From Tubiluchus corallicola (Eukaryota; Animalia; Priapulida), in contig JAQGDQ010001399.1 of NCBI GenBank assembly GCA_030141605.1, forward strand, positions 1 through 23,410: a DNA stretch of 23,410 bases, read 5' to 3'. Positions 10,300-21,621 of this stretch are shown here, piece by piece (the stretch's first letter is position 1; each line of letters opens with the position of its first letter). The translations under genes and the position numbers were made by a program. Below the pieces are notes generated by a model. The model made no database searches. It saw nothing but the letters and a program-made list of their open reading frames with translations, and was not told the origin of the DNA.

Positions 10300-10600
10300 T
10301 TATCAATTTATAAATTTATTCACAACAGTTTCCCTGCTGTGCATGTCCGAAACATATTAAAATGATTCTCTCAGGTAATCGGACGCATGATTATTGAAGA
10401 TTTTATACATCATCAAACATTTACTCGGCAGCTAAAGGAACCAATTTGAGTGTGGAAAGCAAATACCTAATGGGCGTTTCCGTGCTTCAATTGAGTATGA
10501 GTCACAGGCCTCTCTTTGGAATCCCGAAGGCTTTCAGCAATGTTTGTTGATCAGAGTATCCCCTAACTGCAATTCAACAAAGATAACAGCCTAGTGAATC
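10300..10600 (-). mobile_element. Decayed CR1/L2-group LINE ORF2 3' fragment
   Basis: Minus strand gives KRGL*LILN*STETPIRYLLSTL-NW and CLMMYKIFNNHASDYLRESF*YVSDMHSRE. Confidence 0.65.
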
Positions 10601-10823
10601 CATACAAAATATTTTGCTGATTATCGAAACTGTGTGAAAAGTCAAATGCTTTTAGACTTTACACTGATTACCAATAATGCACAGACATTCTACTTAGTGC
10701 TTGCAAACTGCTTCTTAAATAAGCTAATATTATAGCACTTACATCATAACAGCCAGCAAAAGCTTATTCAAATCAACAAAAGAGAAGGCAGAAGACAATG
10801 AATTGACGTCAGAACAATGCAAA

Positions 10824-10953
10824 TGTGAACCTCTATCGCCACCCCTCTTGGTGGAGACAACCCACATTGTCACTTGGCCACTTTCATTCTCGTCTCAAGA
10901 GCTATGTATCTCCTTCCAAGAGCCCCACCAGAGGCAGATAGAACGTTTTTACA
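10824..10953. mobile_element. ~130-bp MITE-like element with imperfect ~30-bp inverted ends
   Basis: TGTGAACCTCTATCGCCACCCCTCTTGGTGG versus reverse complement of right end TGTAAAAACGTTCTATCTGCCTCTGGTGG. Confidence 0.45.
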
Positions 10954-11355
10954 CAGTCTGTTTGGCAAAAATTTTTAAAAAGACCTAGGTTGGGTTCGGG
11001 CAAACATCTGTAGCAGGATGTCGTGGCCCTCACGCCATAAATATTTATGATACCTAGAACACCCACCGTTGAACGGGCTATCTAACCATTAATTGAGATT
11101 ATTTAGTAAATTTTAGCAACAATTTTAGCAGCGTGAGAACTTCTGGGTAATGGCCAACCTTGAATATGAGGTCTCAAACCAGTGCAATGTCACAATCTTC
11201 AGCAATATCAGCTGGAATTTAGTAAACATCAAAAAGCTCTGAAAATAATAACACCCGCTCTTGACATTGTTTTGGCACCATTCATGGCTCTTTTTGCTTG
11301 TCATTTTGTAAACATATATTTTAGTTATATAGTTAGTAATTACATAAATATATAT

Positions 11356-13400
11356 ATGATTATGTCGCCATCATTTTCGTCCTTGCTCCACGTTCAAAAG
11401 TCATTCTTGATACTGCTGTTGCTAATGTTTTTGCTGTTCACCGTCACCGTCGACGCCACCCCTACCACCGCTGCAGAAGTTGATGGTTCTATGGAAATAA
11501 ATTAACGCTGAGAGGAAGCTCTTTTCCTTTCGGAATATTAAGCAATCGCTTCTTAATTTAATCACTGAAAAAGAGACATTGTGTCAGCTCCATTTGTTTT
11601 ACAATTTTTGCTGCATGGTGATTGCTAACAAATGTAATTGCTGTACCTTCTTACACAGTTTCGCCAGTAAGGTGAGTTCTCTGACATAAATTATTTAAAA
11701 TTATAATCACTTATTTCTGGTTTCTATATGCGTGTCGGGCGTGAGTTTTGTCTGTGCTCACAGATCAAAAACTTTATATTTTCTTAGACTGGCATAAGTT
11801 AAAAATTCATTTTCCTTGTTAGGGAAGAAAACTGCCACTTTTGGTTTCCATGATAAAAAGTTGCATCGTGAAATATGGAAAATTAAATATATGGAAGAAA
11901 TCAAATATGGAAGAAATTCTACAAAAATTGAATTCTGTTCTGCATCATTAGGTTTGTCCTATTGGCAAGGCACTAGTCACCTCTGATCAACAACTTGAGC
12001 AAATGCGCTATGTAAACCCACTCTCACGTAAATTAAACTTCGAATTAATTTGACAAATGTGATCTATAAACATTCCATACACAAAGAAAGATTTTAAGCT
12101 TCATCTATTCTGCCAGAAATTGAACAATAATTGAAATTTTGAGAAGTATTTTCCCGAGACGCCAGTCATGCAGATCAATCAAAAATTTTAATCTTCAACA
12201 ATATTGTCTGGAATTTAATAACAACTGAAATCTTATGAAGTGTTGAGCTGAAAAACGGTTTCTGCAATGCACAAAGAGAATGATTCTATTACGTAACAAG
12301 ACCTTCTAGGTCATATTGTAATGACTGAAAACCCTCAATTTCTCTGGAAATTGTGAGTAATGCTCAAACTTGAAACGCCCATGATAAACCGTTTATACAG
12401 ACATTAGACTGAAAACGTGCATGTTAAGTTTCTGAAATTTTGGATATTCTAGAAAACATTTTATTATTGCTATTATCTCAGGGATCTTTGCTACTAATCA
12501 GTGCCTTTATATATATATATATATTGAAATGATTTTATATTATATGATATGTTCTATAATATAACAATGTCTACACAAAGACAATAACGTTTGTACTGCC
12601 GAAAAACGATTAAACAGATTTCTTTATGATTAAATCGTGTGCTGGTTCATGCCCAGTGAAAAAATGTGCAGGAATGATTCATGAGACCTGGATTAGATAC
12701 TCAATTGTGTGGTCTCGTTTACCGTGCTGATGCTGACTGTTTATCTCGTGGAGAACGAGTGTTGCCCGTTACCATTCAGCAGTAACTTCTGATTCTTCAG
12801 ACAGTTATGTAGTTCATCTTAGTGGGTGGCCATTGGTAACGAACTAGGCTCCGGTCACAAAACAAACACATCAGTTCCTTCATACCTTCACTTGGACGTG
12901 ATTTTGATAGCACATCATAATTTCAGAAACAAATTTTTGAAGATCTTTGTGTACAATGAAGTTTAAGGTGCAAATCTCGCGCGAGAAAAAAATATCTGTG
13001 TAAACATAAGAGCGTGATATTTTGAAAAACTTAAGAAATTTCTCAAAGATTTAATATTTCTTCAAAATCGTTCAACACAAACAGCTTGCAAATTCAAAAT
13101 GCCGAGATATTTATATTAGAACAGGTTTTTTGTGTTGGAAATGTCTTGAAGAAGAGAGAAAGTAGAGAGATTGCGCACTTCTTAAATTTCCAAGCCTCCA
13201 TTCCACACTTGCGAAAAACTTAACAAAATAAAGCAAAGCAAATACAGACAAGATTAATAATTGCCTGCCACAGGAAAATTCACAAAAGCTTTCTGTATTT
13301 GAGTTGAGGCGCGGTTCACGCGAGGAAAGAGTTATATATTCAGCAATTTCGTCTGGAACTTAATAATGATTGAAAAAGCACCCCTGCTTTTGTAATTTTA
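11356..13400 (+). pseudogene. LRR-receptor (TLR-like) pseudogene, copy A
   Basis: ATG then signal-peptide-like KSFLILLLLMFLLFTVTVDA; LRR relics RNKTF*VIL**LKTLNFSGN (to 12351), FIQTLD, EILDILEN followed by FIIAIISGIFATNQCL; weak TM and TIR-like traces after about 12780. Many stops and frameshifts; end approximate. Confidence 0.55.
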
Positions 13401-13596
13401 TAATCTTTCACACTTCTTTCACGGCAAATTTCACAATACGCTAAATTGCAGTCTGACCAACATTGAATGTGATTTTCCCTCTGAAATAAACACAGACACA
13501 GCAAAGCAACAACTCTTTGACAACTTTGCAACCTTCGGATATTTTCAGAAAACTTTTTGACTCTTGTTGCTATTTTGTAAATATATCTTTTTCACA

Positions 13597-14514
13597 ATGA
13601 CTGTGTCGTCATTATTTTTGTTCTTGTCTAGCTGCTGCTGCTCCAAGTTCAACTGTCACTCTATTGTTGATATTGTTGTTGTTCTTGTTACTGATTCTGC
13701 TTCTATGCTGCTAATTATGGTGATCGTGCCACAGCTGCTGTCATTGTTGTTGTTGTTTATGCAAGATTTAAAAACTTAAACTACTAATTCGGGAAGAAAA
13801 ACACTGATTTTGTTCATTGGAAAAAAGTTGACGTTGAATGCAAGCTAGAGAGTGGCTAATCATATCGGAATATTAAGAAGTAGTTAATTCTTATACTTAA
13901 TCCCTGAAAATGAGGCAGTCTGATTTAAAATCTTTGCTGCACGGAGATTACTGGTCTTAGTTTTTTCGCAAACAACTATAATTGCTGCAGTTTCTGATAA
14001 AACTTCGCTAATTAGAACAAGTTCTCAGACGTCAGTCATTGGAAAATGCAACCCTTATTGCAGGTTGCTAGATGTGTTTAGGGCGTGAGTTTTGTCTGCG
14101 CCACACAGTTAAAATACATTATAATATCTTAAGAAAAGTGAAAAAATTAAAATACAGACAGAGACGTGGGTATTTGATATGATTAACCAGGTTGGCTAAT
14201 AACAGTGTCTTGTTGTTTTGATGTTAATATAAATATTTGGTTGTTGTTTATAAACGAATATTGCAAGGAACCTTGTCAGCAAATTGAAAAAATACACTAA
14301 AACACAGACGCGCAAAGATTAAATTTCTTGAGAAATTGCAATATGATATGTAAACTTTCTTCACACAAAGCCGAATTATAACCTCCACTAATTCTGTCAG
14401 GAATTTAAAATTTTGGGGATTTTGTGGTATACATATTTGGATATATATACAGAGCTGAGACGCAGGTCACGCGCAGGACACAAATAAGCATTTTAATCCC
14501 TGATACAAATTTCT
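13597..14514 (+). pseudogene. LRR-receptor (TLR-like) pseudogene, copy B (5' half only)
   Basis: Aligns by eye with 11356..12200; shifted frame gives TLLLILLLFLLLILLLCC; LRR relics TEITGLSFFANN, IIAAVSDKT, QLKYIIIS (14106), TQISILIPDTNFL. Confidence 0.55.
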
Positions 14515-17500
14515 TGGAGAAAAACTGACGATGAAAGCAAGCTAGCGAGCAGCTAAATCTTTTTATCTTTGAATATAAAGCAATCTTTTCTTAATTTAAT
14601 GCCTGAAAACGAGACATTCTATCAGGTTTAATTGCTTTAAAATCTTGTGAAGATTATCAGTCTCATAAAGTTTTGCAGACAACAATAACTGCTTCTTTTT
14701 ACAAAAATTCACAAATTTCTTTGTTAAGTGGCGGAAAAATCAATTAGAATTATTTCTCAGACGTAAATTATTAGTAATTACAATACTTATTTCAGGTTGC
14801 TGTTTGTGTCAAGGAAAAGTTCTTGAAGCAAACTGCAAACTGAAGCAAAGAAGCGTAAATTTACTTTTCATGTTAGAAAAATTATCACTTATAATTCTTT
14901 GGATGGCAAGAACTACGCAAAATAATATAAGAATTGCAAAGATAGGTTAGAAACAAAAGCGCTACCAAAAAAAGAAATTCTTTAGAAAGTAGCACAAGTT
15001 GTGCATAATGAGGAATAGCCAAGAAATCAGTCATCTACTGTCATCAGTCGTCCATTCACCCACTAGAAGGTTGTGGAGGGACAGAAACCTAGCTATTATC
15101 AAGGATGAAAAATTTCAAATAAAATATGCACTAACACGTTCATTGAAAAAGGTCTCTTAAACATTTGAAAATAAATATTAGAAAGTCAATAGATTTTTAT
15201 TTTTCTCACGCATAAAATGTACGTTCTGTGTTCGAAATATGTTTAAATAGCATATATTAAAGCGGAATCCATGCAAACGAGTCCCATAAACATATTACTT
15301 TGCTTGGCCATTCTACCACAGAAGAATCTCAACTCAGCTTTTACTCATCAAGTTATTTGCATGTCACTTTTATATATTTAATTAAGTCTTGTTTCGCAAT
15401 GCTTTAAGAAGACTGGCTGAAACAATGGGTTTGTTGCTTCGATACCAATATAAAAACATTTAGTTGTTGTTCATAAAACCGATAATGTTTAGGAACGTCA
15501 TCTTCAATTTGAGCAGCTGCTGTATTAACCAACTTTGAAGATCGGATATTAACGACACGCTAATAACATCCATTTTTAAATTGATTTGGCAAATTTCTTT
15601 GCAGGGTAAGACGTTGTTAACAACAAACCTGGAAACACCCACAATGAACCGTTTATACAGACATTAAACTCAAAACTTATGAGTTAAGGTTATTCAAATG
15701 TTGGACATTTTTGGAAACTTTTTGTCACTGCTATAGTTTCCGTGATCACTGTTACTAATTTCTGCCTTTATTGATCTTACAGTAAGTCTTTAATGCAGGT
15801 GAAAAAAGTCTGCACCAATTGCAGGCTATTCATGTGCGATGAATAATTGCATGAGTGATTCGTGAGACATGGTTTTGATACTCATTGGCCCGATTCAATT
15901 GATATGCTATGCTTGACTGTTTGCATCACAGGGATTATATATAATAATCATAATAATAAATCTTTAATCAAGAACTGAACGTATATACAAAAAGGTGCCT
16001 CTCTTCACCGTTACATTTTCATATAACAAATCTTTTAAATAACATGTTATACTTATATTTGATTTAATTTCAAATGATTCACACTATTACACACATGAAT
16101 TTACTTTATACACATACATAATTTATTTTTGTGTGCTCGAGCGGGTCTAAATTAACAGTTATTTGGTATAAAACTATCTCTGATCAGGTCTCTAAAAGCC
16201 ATTATTAATTTTTATCAGATTGAAGCATAATATTACGTGTATAATTGGCATCAGCTAGTTCTATGAAACGCATTCTTTTTGTATCATCTACTTTATTGCA
16301 TCTGAATAAATGGTGCTGAGGAGTTTGCTCTTCTTCTCCTCATGGACGTAAACTAGTATCACACATATTAAGTCTATACAAAAAGCTGTTAAAATTCCCC
16401 TGGCCAGTTAAAAAAGACAAGGCAATGGATTCTATTTTCCTTTCGTTATTTCCAAGCTGCAAGATCAATGGTGTACATTTTGTATTCTGCATTGCAACAT
16501 TTTCTCCTCGAAATTGCATAACGTGCCTATATTTATTTGACCAGGTACAAGAAACATAATCCATAATTTGACATTTAGTATACTTTTTTCAGGAACTTCT
16601 TCGCGATCTGTTGCACGGAAGTTTTCATTCCAGACAAATTTTAAAAAGTGTCTCACAGTCTGCGCATGTGTATACATAATATTTTAATAAATACGCCTTC
16701 CTGTCAGCAATTAAATTTAATTCAATGTTTAACGGTGGAAGACCACAAAGTATTTCCAATTTAGTTCGATCTGGTTTAAAAGCAGAACCCGCAACTTTCA
16801 TTATATCATAGATTATGTCTTCAAATACCGAAAGTTTTTTTGTACTTAACCATCCAGTAGCACTGTACAGTATAATCGGCAAAATAGTAGTTTTATTACA
16901 ATGGTGGCAAGTCGGAAACCTCCATATTTAGTGCAATTGTTTTTTTACTTTCAACCATCTATACCATACCGTTTTATGAACATTACCCGCGTATTTAGCA
17001 AATGTTAATTTCCGATCAACAGTTAGGCCTAACATTTTGCTGTCTTCAACAAACAATATTTCATTGTTACTAATTTTTAAATTATCTGGTTTGTTATTTT
17101 CATCCCATGCCCCTACTAGCAATGCTTCTGTCTTACCAGGTAACGTATTTATCTTTAAACGCCATTTCTGGCACCATTTGTGAAGCACATCACAACAGCT
17201 TTGTGCAATTGTAACACAGGTTTGCGGGTCTGTATTTGACGCATGCAAAGATCCATACTTGTACTTTTTAACCAAGTCATGCATGTTATAAAACATATCG
17301 GTAATGAAAAATATAAACAGTATTCGTGCTAAAACTGACCTCTGTCGAAGTCCTAAATTAAATCTCCTTAAATCACAGGAAGAGAGAGGATGTTTCACAC
17401 TACCATTTAGTAGCAAACATAACGAGACATAGTTACTTCTGTCAGTTCAGTAGCTCATCTTAGAGGCTCGCACTTGATAATAAGCCAAGCCCCGGTCACA

Positions 17501-17795
17501 CCACAAACCCTTCAGTTCTCTCATACCTTCACTTGGACATGCTATGTTTATGTTCTTAGCACGTCGATTTCAGAAACTAGTTTCTCGAGGACCTTTGTGC
17601 AAATCTCGTGCGAGAAGAAATATCTGACTGTGTAAACATAGTTTCTTCATGGCGTGACATTTTGAGTAACTTGATAGATTTCACAAAGATTTAATATTGT
17701 TCAACACAAAGAGCTTTCAAATCCAAGATGCTTCAATGTTTAGTTTTTTTGGGCGTTGGAGATGTGTCAATAAATTAGACTGGAAGAAAGAGACG
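14515..17795 (+). pseudogene. LRR-receptor (TLR-like) pseudogene, copy C, lacking signal peptide and split by a LINE at 15936..17418
   Basis: 14515..14810 matches 13815..14080 and 11520..11740; 15610..15933 plus 17419..17795 match 12350..13160. LRR relics LEKLSL (14873), LKHLKI, QL*RSDINDTLITSI (15530), IQMLDIFGN (15692); TIR-like RDILSNLID (17653) and CFNV*FFWALEMC. Confidence 0.55.
15936..17418 (-). mobile_element. 5'-truncated I-group (I/Nimb/R1/Jockey-like) LINE
   Basis: RT C-terminus (LHKWCQKWRLKIN...KTE, KMLGLTVDRKLTF), LEILCGLPPL, and C-terminal LTGQGNFNSFLYRLN...EEEQTPQHHLFRC zinc-knuckle relic; ATTAAA plus (TTA)n-like tail at 15936..15968; flanks rejoin as GGGAT/AACGAG matching the paralog near 12750. 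Confidence 0.9.
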
Positions 17796-19265
17796 CCTGT
17801 GAAAGTTTGCACAACAGCCTCTTACACCCATTTCACCTTAAATCACACCACATATCGCTCAAAATCACCTTAAAGCCCACGAGAAACATGAATTTTTTTT
17901 TACGCAAAAGTTCTGATATTCCTTTAAGCGTAATTGATTCGTGATTACTAATCTGACAAGACCCAGCACGATATGAAACAGAAATTTTCTGAAGTGATTT
18001 GTTTGGAAAAGCAGAAAAGTAGAAATTCGCCCCTAATATAAATCGACTGGCACCAACCTGTTATTAATGAAACTTATGACCATAGATTATTTTCGTCTGC
18101 CATTCAGTACGAGTAGTCCTGCTTTAATTTTGATTTCATTGAAATTTTAGTTGTATTGTATTTTAGGGACGTACAGATTTGCACTACATATCTAAAATAT
18201 CTGCATGTTCCAAACGTTAAGTAGAGCACAGCAAATGTGTTGAACGACCTCTTTTCTTAACTGCAACTTTCTCATGGAGAGACAACTGCGAAAAATTAAG
18301 CTGTTGTAGTACACTTACAGTTGCAGAACTTATTCCTTGGGGATGCAAGGCGTCCATTTTAAATATTTTATGTTTTAAGCACACAACCTAAGTTTACATT
18401 TAACACATCCAAGAATATGATATGACAGTACACTGTAATCACGTGGAAATTGTTACTGTGTTCGAGACAGTACTTTGTCTGCCTAGCAGCAGACGCTAGC
18501 GTACTGCGTGTTATCTCAGACATTCGCACATGACCGCATGTGCACAACAGTCAAACACCAAGTTGTTTGGGCTGTGAAGTAAATAGTACTTCCCACACAT
18601 GCTCCGGTTCTGTACAAGTAAAAAAAAAGAACTAAAGGAAAACGACTTATTATATGAAATATTATAGAGAATAATGAGTGAAAACAGGGGTGATACAGTA
18701 CCACAGTAGCTATACACCAACAGCCACTGAAATGTACAAAGCGCGTGCAATATTCAGTCGAGCAACCGTACCAACATTCAAACATTACCTTGCTACATAG
18801 TAACAGTACATGATTGTTAGTTGACAAACCAGTTAGACTTTTTCCGCAGTTCCTAAAATATGGCCCTTGCAAGCTACCAACAGCCATCTTGTCGCACATA
18901 TTTGATAATTTTCGATTGAGTCTAAATCAAAAATTAATCATCCAGATGGGTTTTAGCATTGTGCAAAGTTTTAACAATGCAATTATTTTGTGCAATTTCT
19001 GAAGCCATCTTAGGCGCATTCTAGAAATGTTGTGACATTACAGAGGCATTTAAGCAACGGATATAGAATCATTGAGATCCATAATCTTTATTTAGACACC
19101 AAAGTCATTTTCCTGCCTGTTCTGATGGCTAAGATTTTTGGTGTAAGCCAGCAAATTGACCCTACCAAAAGCAAAAAGTAAAAAAATAAATTTAATACTT
19201 CAAAGCATAGTAGTTCCACTGGCTATATTGTCTCTTGTTTTTAGCATCTATTTAAAGCATACTGC

Positions 19266-19286
19266 CTTATCTTATCTTATCTTATC
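19266..19286. repeat. (CTTAT)4 microsatellite
   Basis: Directly visible. Confidence 0.8.
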
Positions 19287-19389
19287 AAATCTCATCTTAA
19301 CTTTAGCGAAAAGCAACCCAGAATAATATATCCAAAATAGGCTGAACTACGAGCACCATAAAGGGTCTAATTATGACATCAAAAAGACA

Positions 19390-19399
19390 GCCGCCATTT
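19390..19399 (+). promoter_or_regulatory. YY1-type motif upstream of the methyltransferase gene
   Basis: GCCGCCATTT about 320 bp before the ATG; candidate donor AAG|GTAACT at 19518 and T-rich acceptor ending CTGATAG at 19647 suggest a 5'-UTR intron. Confidence 0.4.
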
Positions 19400-19708
19400 G
19401 GCCACAGGAATAAGTCGATTCAATACAACTCGTCGAAAAAGGAGAAAAAATACAGGCAGTTTTACACCCTCATACACTTGTACAAATATATTGCCTTTCA
19501 CTTTGTGGAGAGTAAAGGTAACTGTTCTGCTGAATCATGTGTTTAGCCATGTGCGCACACTTAGGTTTTAGAAATGAGTTAGAATGCACAGAAATCTTAC
19601 CTGGTGCGTGCAGGCCTATTTATTTCACTTGTATTTGATTCTGATAGTTTGACGTTCAAGATCTTCATGTTTAGTAATTTTGACTTCTCGACATTGTTTT
19701 GTGTCAAG

Positions 19709-20788
19709 ATGGTGAAGCTAGCTTCTCGAAAACTAGAAATCTCGAAATATTCTTTTTTGTTATTTTTAGTGACATTTTGCACTTTTTTAATTCAAAATAA
19801 TCGACGAAGAAAAGACAATCTATATCAGCGCACAGAATTAAGTCAACATGTTGGTAATTCTTTAGCTTGTGCATGTCAAACACATGGAAGTTGGTACTTT
19901 AACTATTGTTTTTGTCATCCGGGGTATACCGGCGGCCAATGCTGTGAAAAGTTGCCCATTAATAATGACACACTGAGAAAATGTCCTAACTTAAAGCAGT
20001 CAGTAACTTTCGATAAACACATGCTTAAGACTTATCTATCAGCAAGCTGTTTTATCCATCCACTCACAGGTATAATTCAGGTTCCGTTGTTTGTTTGGAA
20101 AATTGCGCAAGAAACGGAACTTGGTAGGTGGACTATAAAGCGTCCTCAAGGCGACCGCGTACGCGAACATATGGAAGGTTTCCATGGTTACAGTGAACTA
20201 CCAACAGATCTAGGCAACTTAGTCGAACTTGGTGCTGGACCATTTACACAAAGTTTTTACCTGTTGATGAAGAAAAAGCAATTAAATGTAACTCATATCA
20301 CTCTTGTTGAACCTATGGCTGAATTGTATATGAAACACGTGAATACATGTACTTACAAAAATGGTCGGATTCTTAATTACCCTACAACTATTGTTTCTTC
20401 TCCAGCAGAATCATTCTCTAAGCCGGGTACATTCGACTCACTTATAAGTGTCAATGTAATAGAACACGCACAGGATGCTCTGCTGTTTCTTCACAATGCC
20501 TACACATTGTTGAAAGACAATGGCATAATAATCTGGCATGACCGATGGTACGAGAATCCAGAGCAGGGCAATTGTGTATTGGGATCGTTTGAACTTCACC
20601 CAATTCGAATTTCATTACTCGTGGTCAAAAAATATTTAGCCGCATTCGATCCAATTTTCATAAACTGTGAACCGACTTCTGAAAGTTTAAAGCGAAAGTG
20701 TAATGAAACAGCTATATATTACATAGGAAGGAAGAAAATTGGGTATGATAACACGTTTGCAGAGGGAAATCTAACAATTATGTGCTGA
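19709..20788 (+). CDS. Type II membrane protein with EGF-like domain and class I SAM-dependent methyltransferase domain, 359 aa, single coding exon
   Basis: ATG in strong context CAAGATGG; anchor YSFLLFLVTFCTFLI; EGF-like CACQTHGSWYFNYCFCHPGYTGGQC (19868..19942); motif I LVELGAGP (20219..20242), strand-2 acidic ITLVEP, FDSLISVNVIEH, LLKDNGIIIW; sequons NDT, NVT, NET, NLT. Confidence 0.9.
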   Translation: MVKLASRKLEISKYSFLLFLVTFCTFLIQNNRRRKDNLYQRTELSQHVGNSLACACQTHGSWYFNYCFCHPGYTGGQCCEKLPINNDTLRKCPNLKQSVTFDKHMLKTYLSASCFIHPLTGIIQVPLFVWKIAQETELGRWTIKRPQGDRVREHMEGFHGYSELPTDLGNLVELGAGPFTQSFYLLMKKKQLNVTHITLVEPMAELYMKHVNTCTYKNGRILNYPTTIVSSPAESFSKPGTFDSLISVNVIEHAQDALLFLHNAYTLLKDNGIIIWHDRWYENPEQGNCVLGSFELHPIRISLLVVKKYLAAFDPIFINCEPTSESLKRKCNETAIYYIGRKKIGYDNTFAEGNLTIMC

Positions 20789-21029
20789 TCTACTGTTGTT
20801 CTGTGGGCTAGCTAAAATCAACTGTGGTTGCAGTGTGATGGAATTTAAGAAAGTTTAAAAAACATAATGCGTGCATGGTTTTCGGATTATGCAAACTAGA
20901 AGAAGTTGTCACTTTACAGGTCTTATTTATAATTTTGTTTGATTTTCTCTTTTTGTGAGCCCTTTTCGTGCTGCTGAAGCCACACGGGAGAGCACTAACT
21001 AGGAGTTAACCAACAAAGACACTTAATCA

Positions 21030-21290
21030 AGAAAGAGGAAGAAGAAATTTACAAGCTTTACTCGTCCGTAAAAAAGTTATTACGTTAAATGATGTAATCA
21101 AACACAGAGAGTGCAAAATTTCCAAAGCTTTATATTCTTACTGAGACAATATGGAACCGAGGAATCAATCTTTGTAACAGAACTCGTAGAAGATGATGAT
21201 GACGGTTTGTGTAAGGAAAACTCAGATTCAAATTTTCATTATTTCAGCGCAAATTTAACCACAATTAACCAACTATTAACAAATTGTTGA
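21030..21290 (+). mobile_element. Possible PIF/Harbinger transposase N-terminal relic
   Basis: EEEEIYKLY ... RQYGTEESIFVTELVEDDDDG ... FHYF ... INQLL loosely fits the R..G....L..EL...D...YFR....F..LL pattern; highly degenerate. Confidence 0.3.
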
Positions 21291-21621
21291 CGTTAGGTGT
21301 ATTTTTTCGTTAGTGTTTTGCTGACAAAGGTGTTTTATATTACAATAAAGACCAAGCGGGGTAAAAAATTACCAGGCAATTCAAGTTGATACGATGTGAA
21401 TTTGTGAACTGATTTGTATTGTTTGTTTGAAAGTTATAAGCTCGAAAACTAATTGACCACATGCAACTATCTAACTATCTTTGTTGTAACTGCTTTATCC
21501 AAAAAATAGAGCTATTTTGTTGTTAGTTTTTGTATGGTTATAATCGATAATCACGTTATCTAAGTTAGTAATTTACATGCATCAAACTTATATTTTTTGC
21601 TAAACCGTAACTACGTCTTAA

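Noticed and set aside
11182-11505. 107-aa ORF as an intact secreted peptide gene
   Set aside because: Better explained as the signal-peptide end of pseudogene A truncated by a stop; the paralog at 13597 is frameshifted in the same region.
18548-18705. Faint similarity to 6235..6345
   Set aside because: Only short scattered word matches; cannot be distinguished from chance without alignment statistics.
18511-19002. Three overlapping Cys-rich short ORFs
   Set aside because: No recognisable domain; region looks like old repeat sequence.
19604-19708. Longer 394-aa N-terminus of the methyltransferase from the ORF track
   Set aside because: Begins at GTG; the ATG at 19709 has the best Kozak context and gives a normal short cytosolic tail (ATG 19667 is not excluded).
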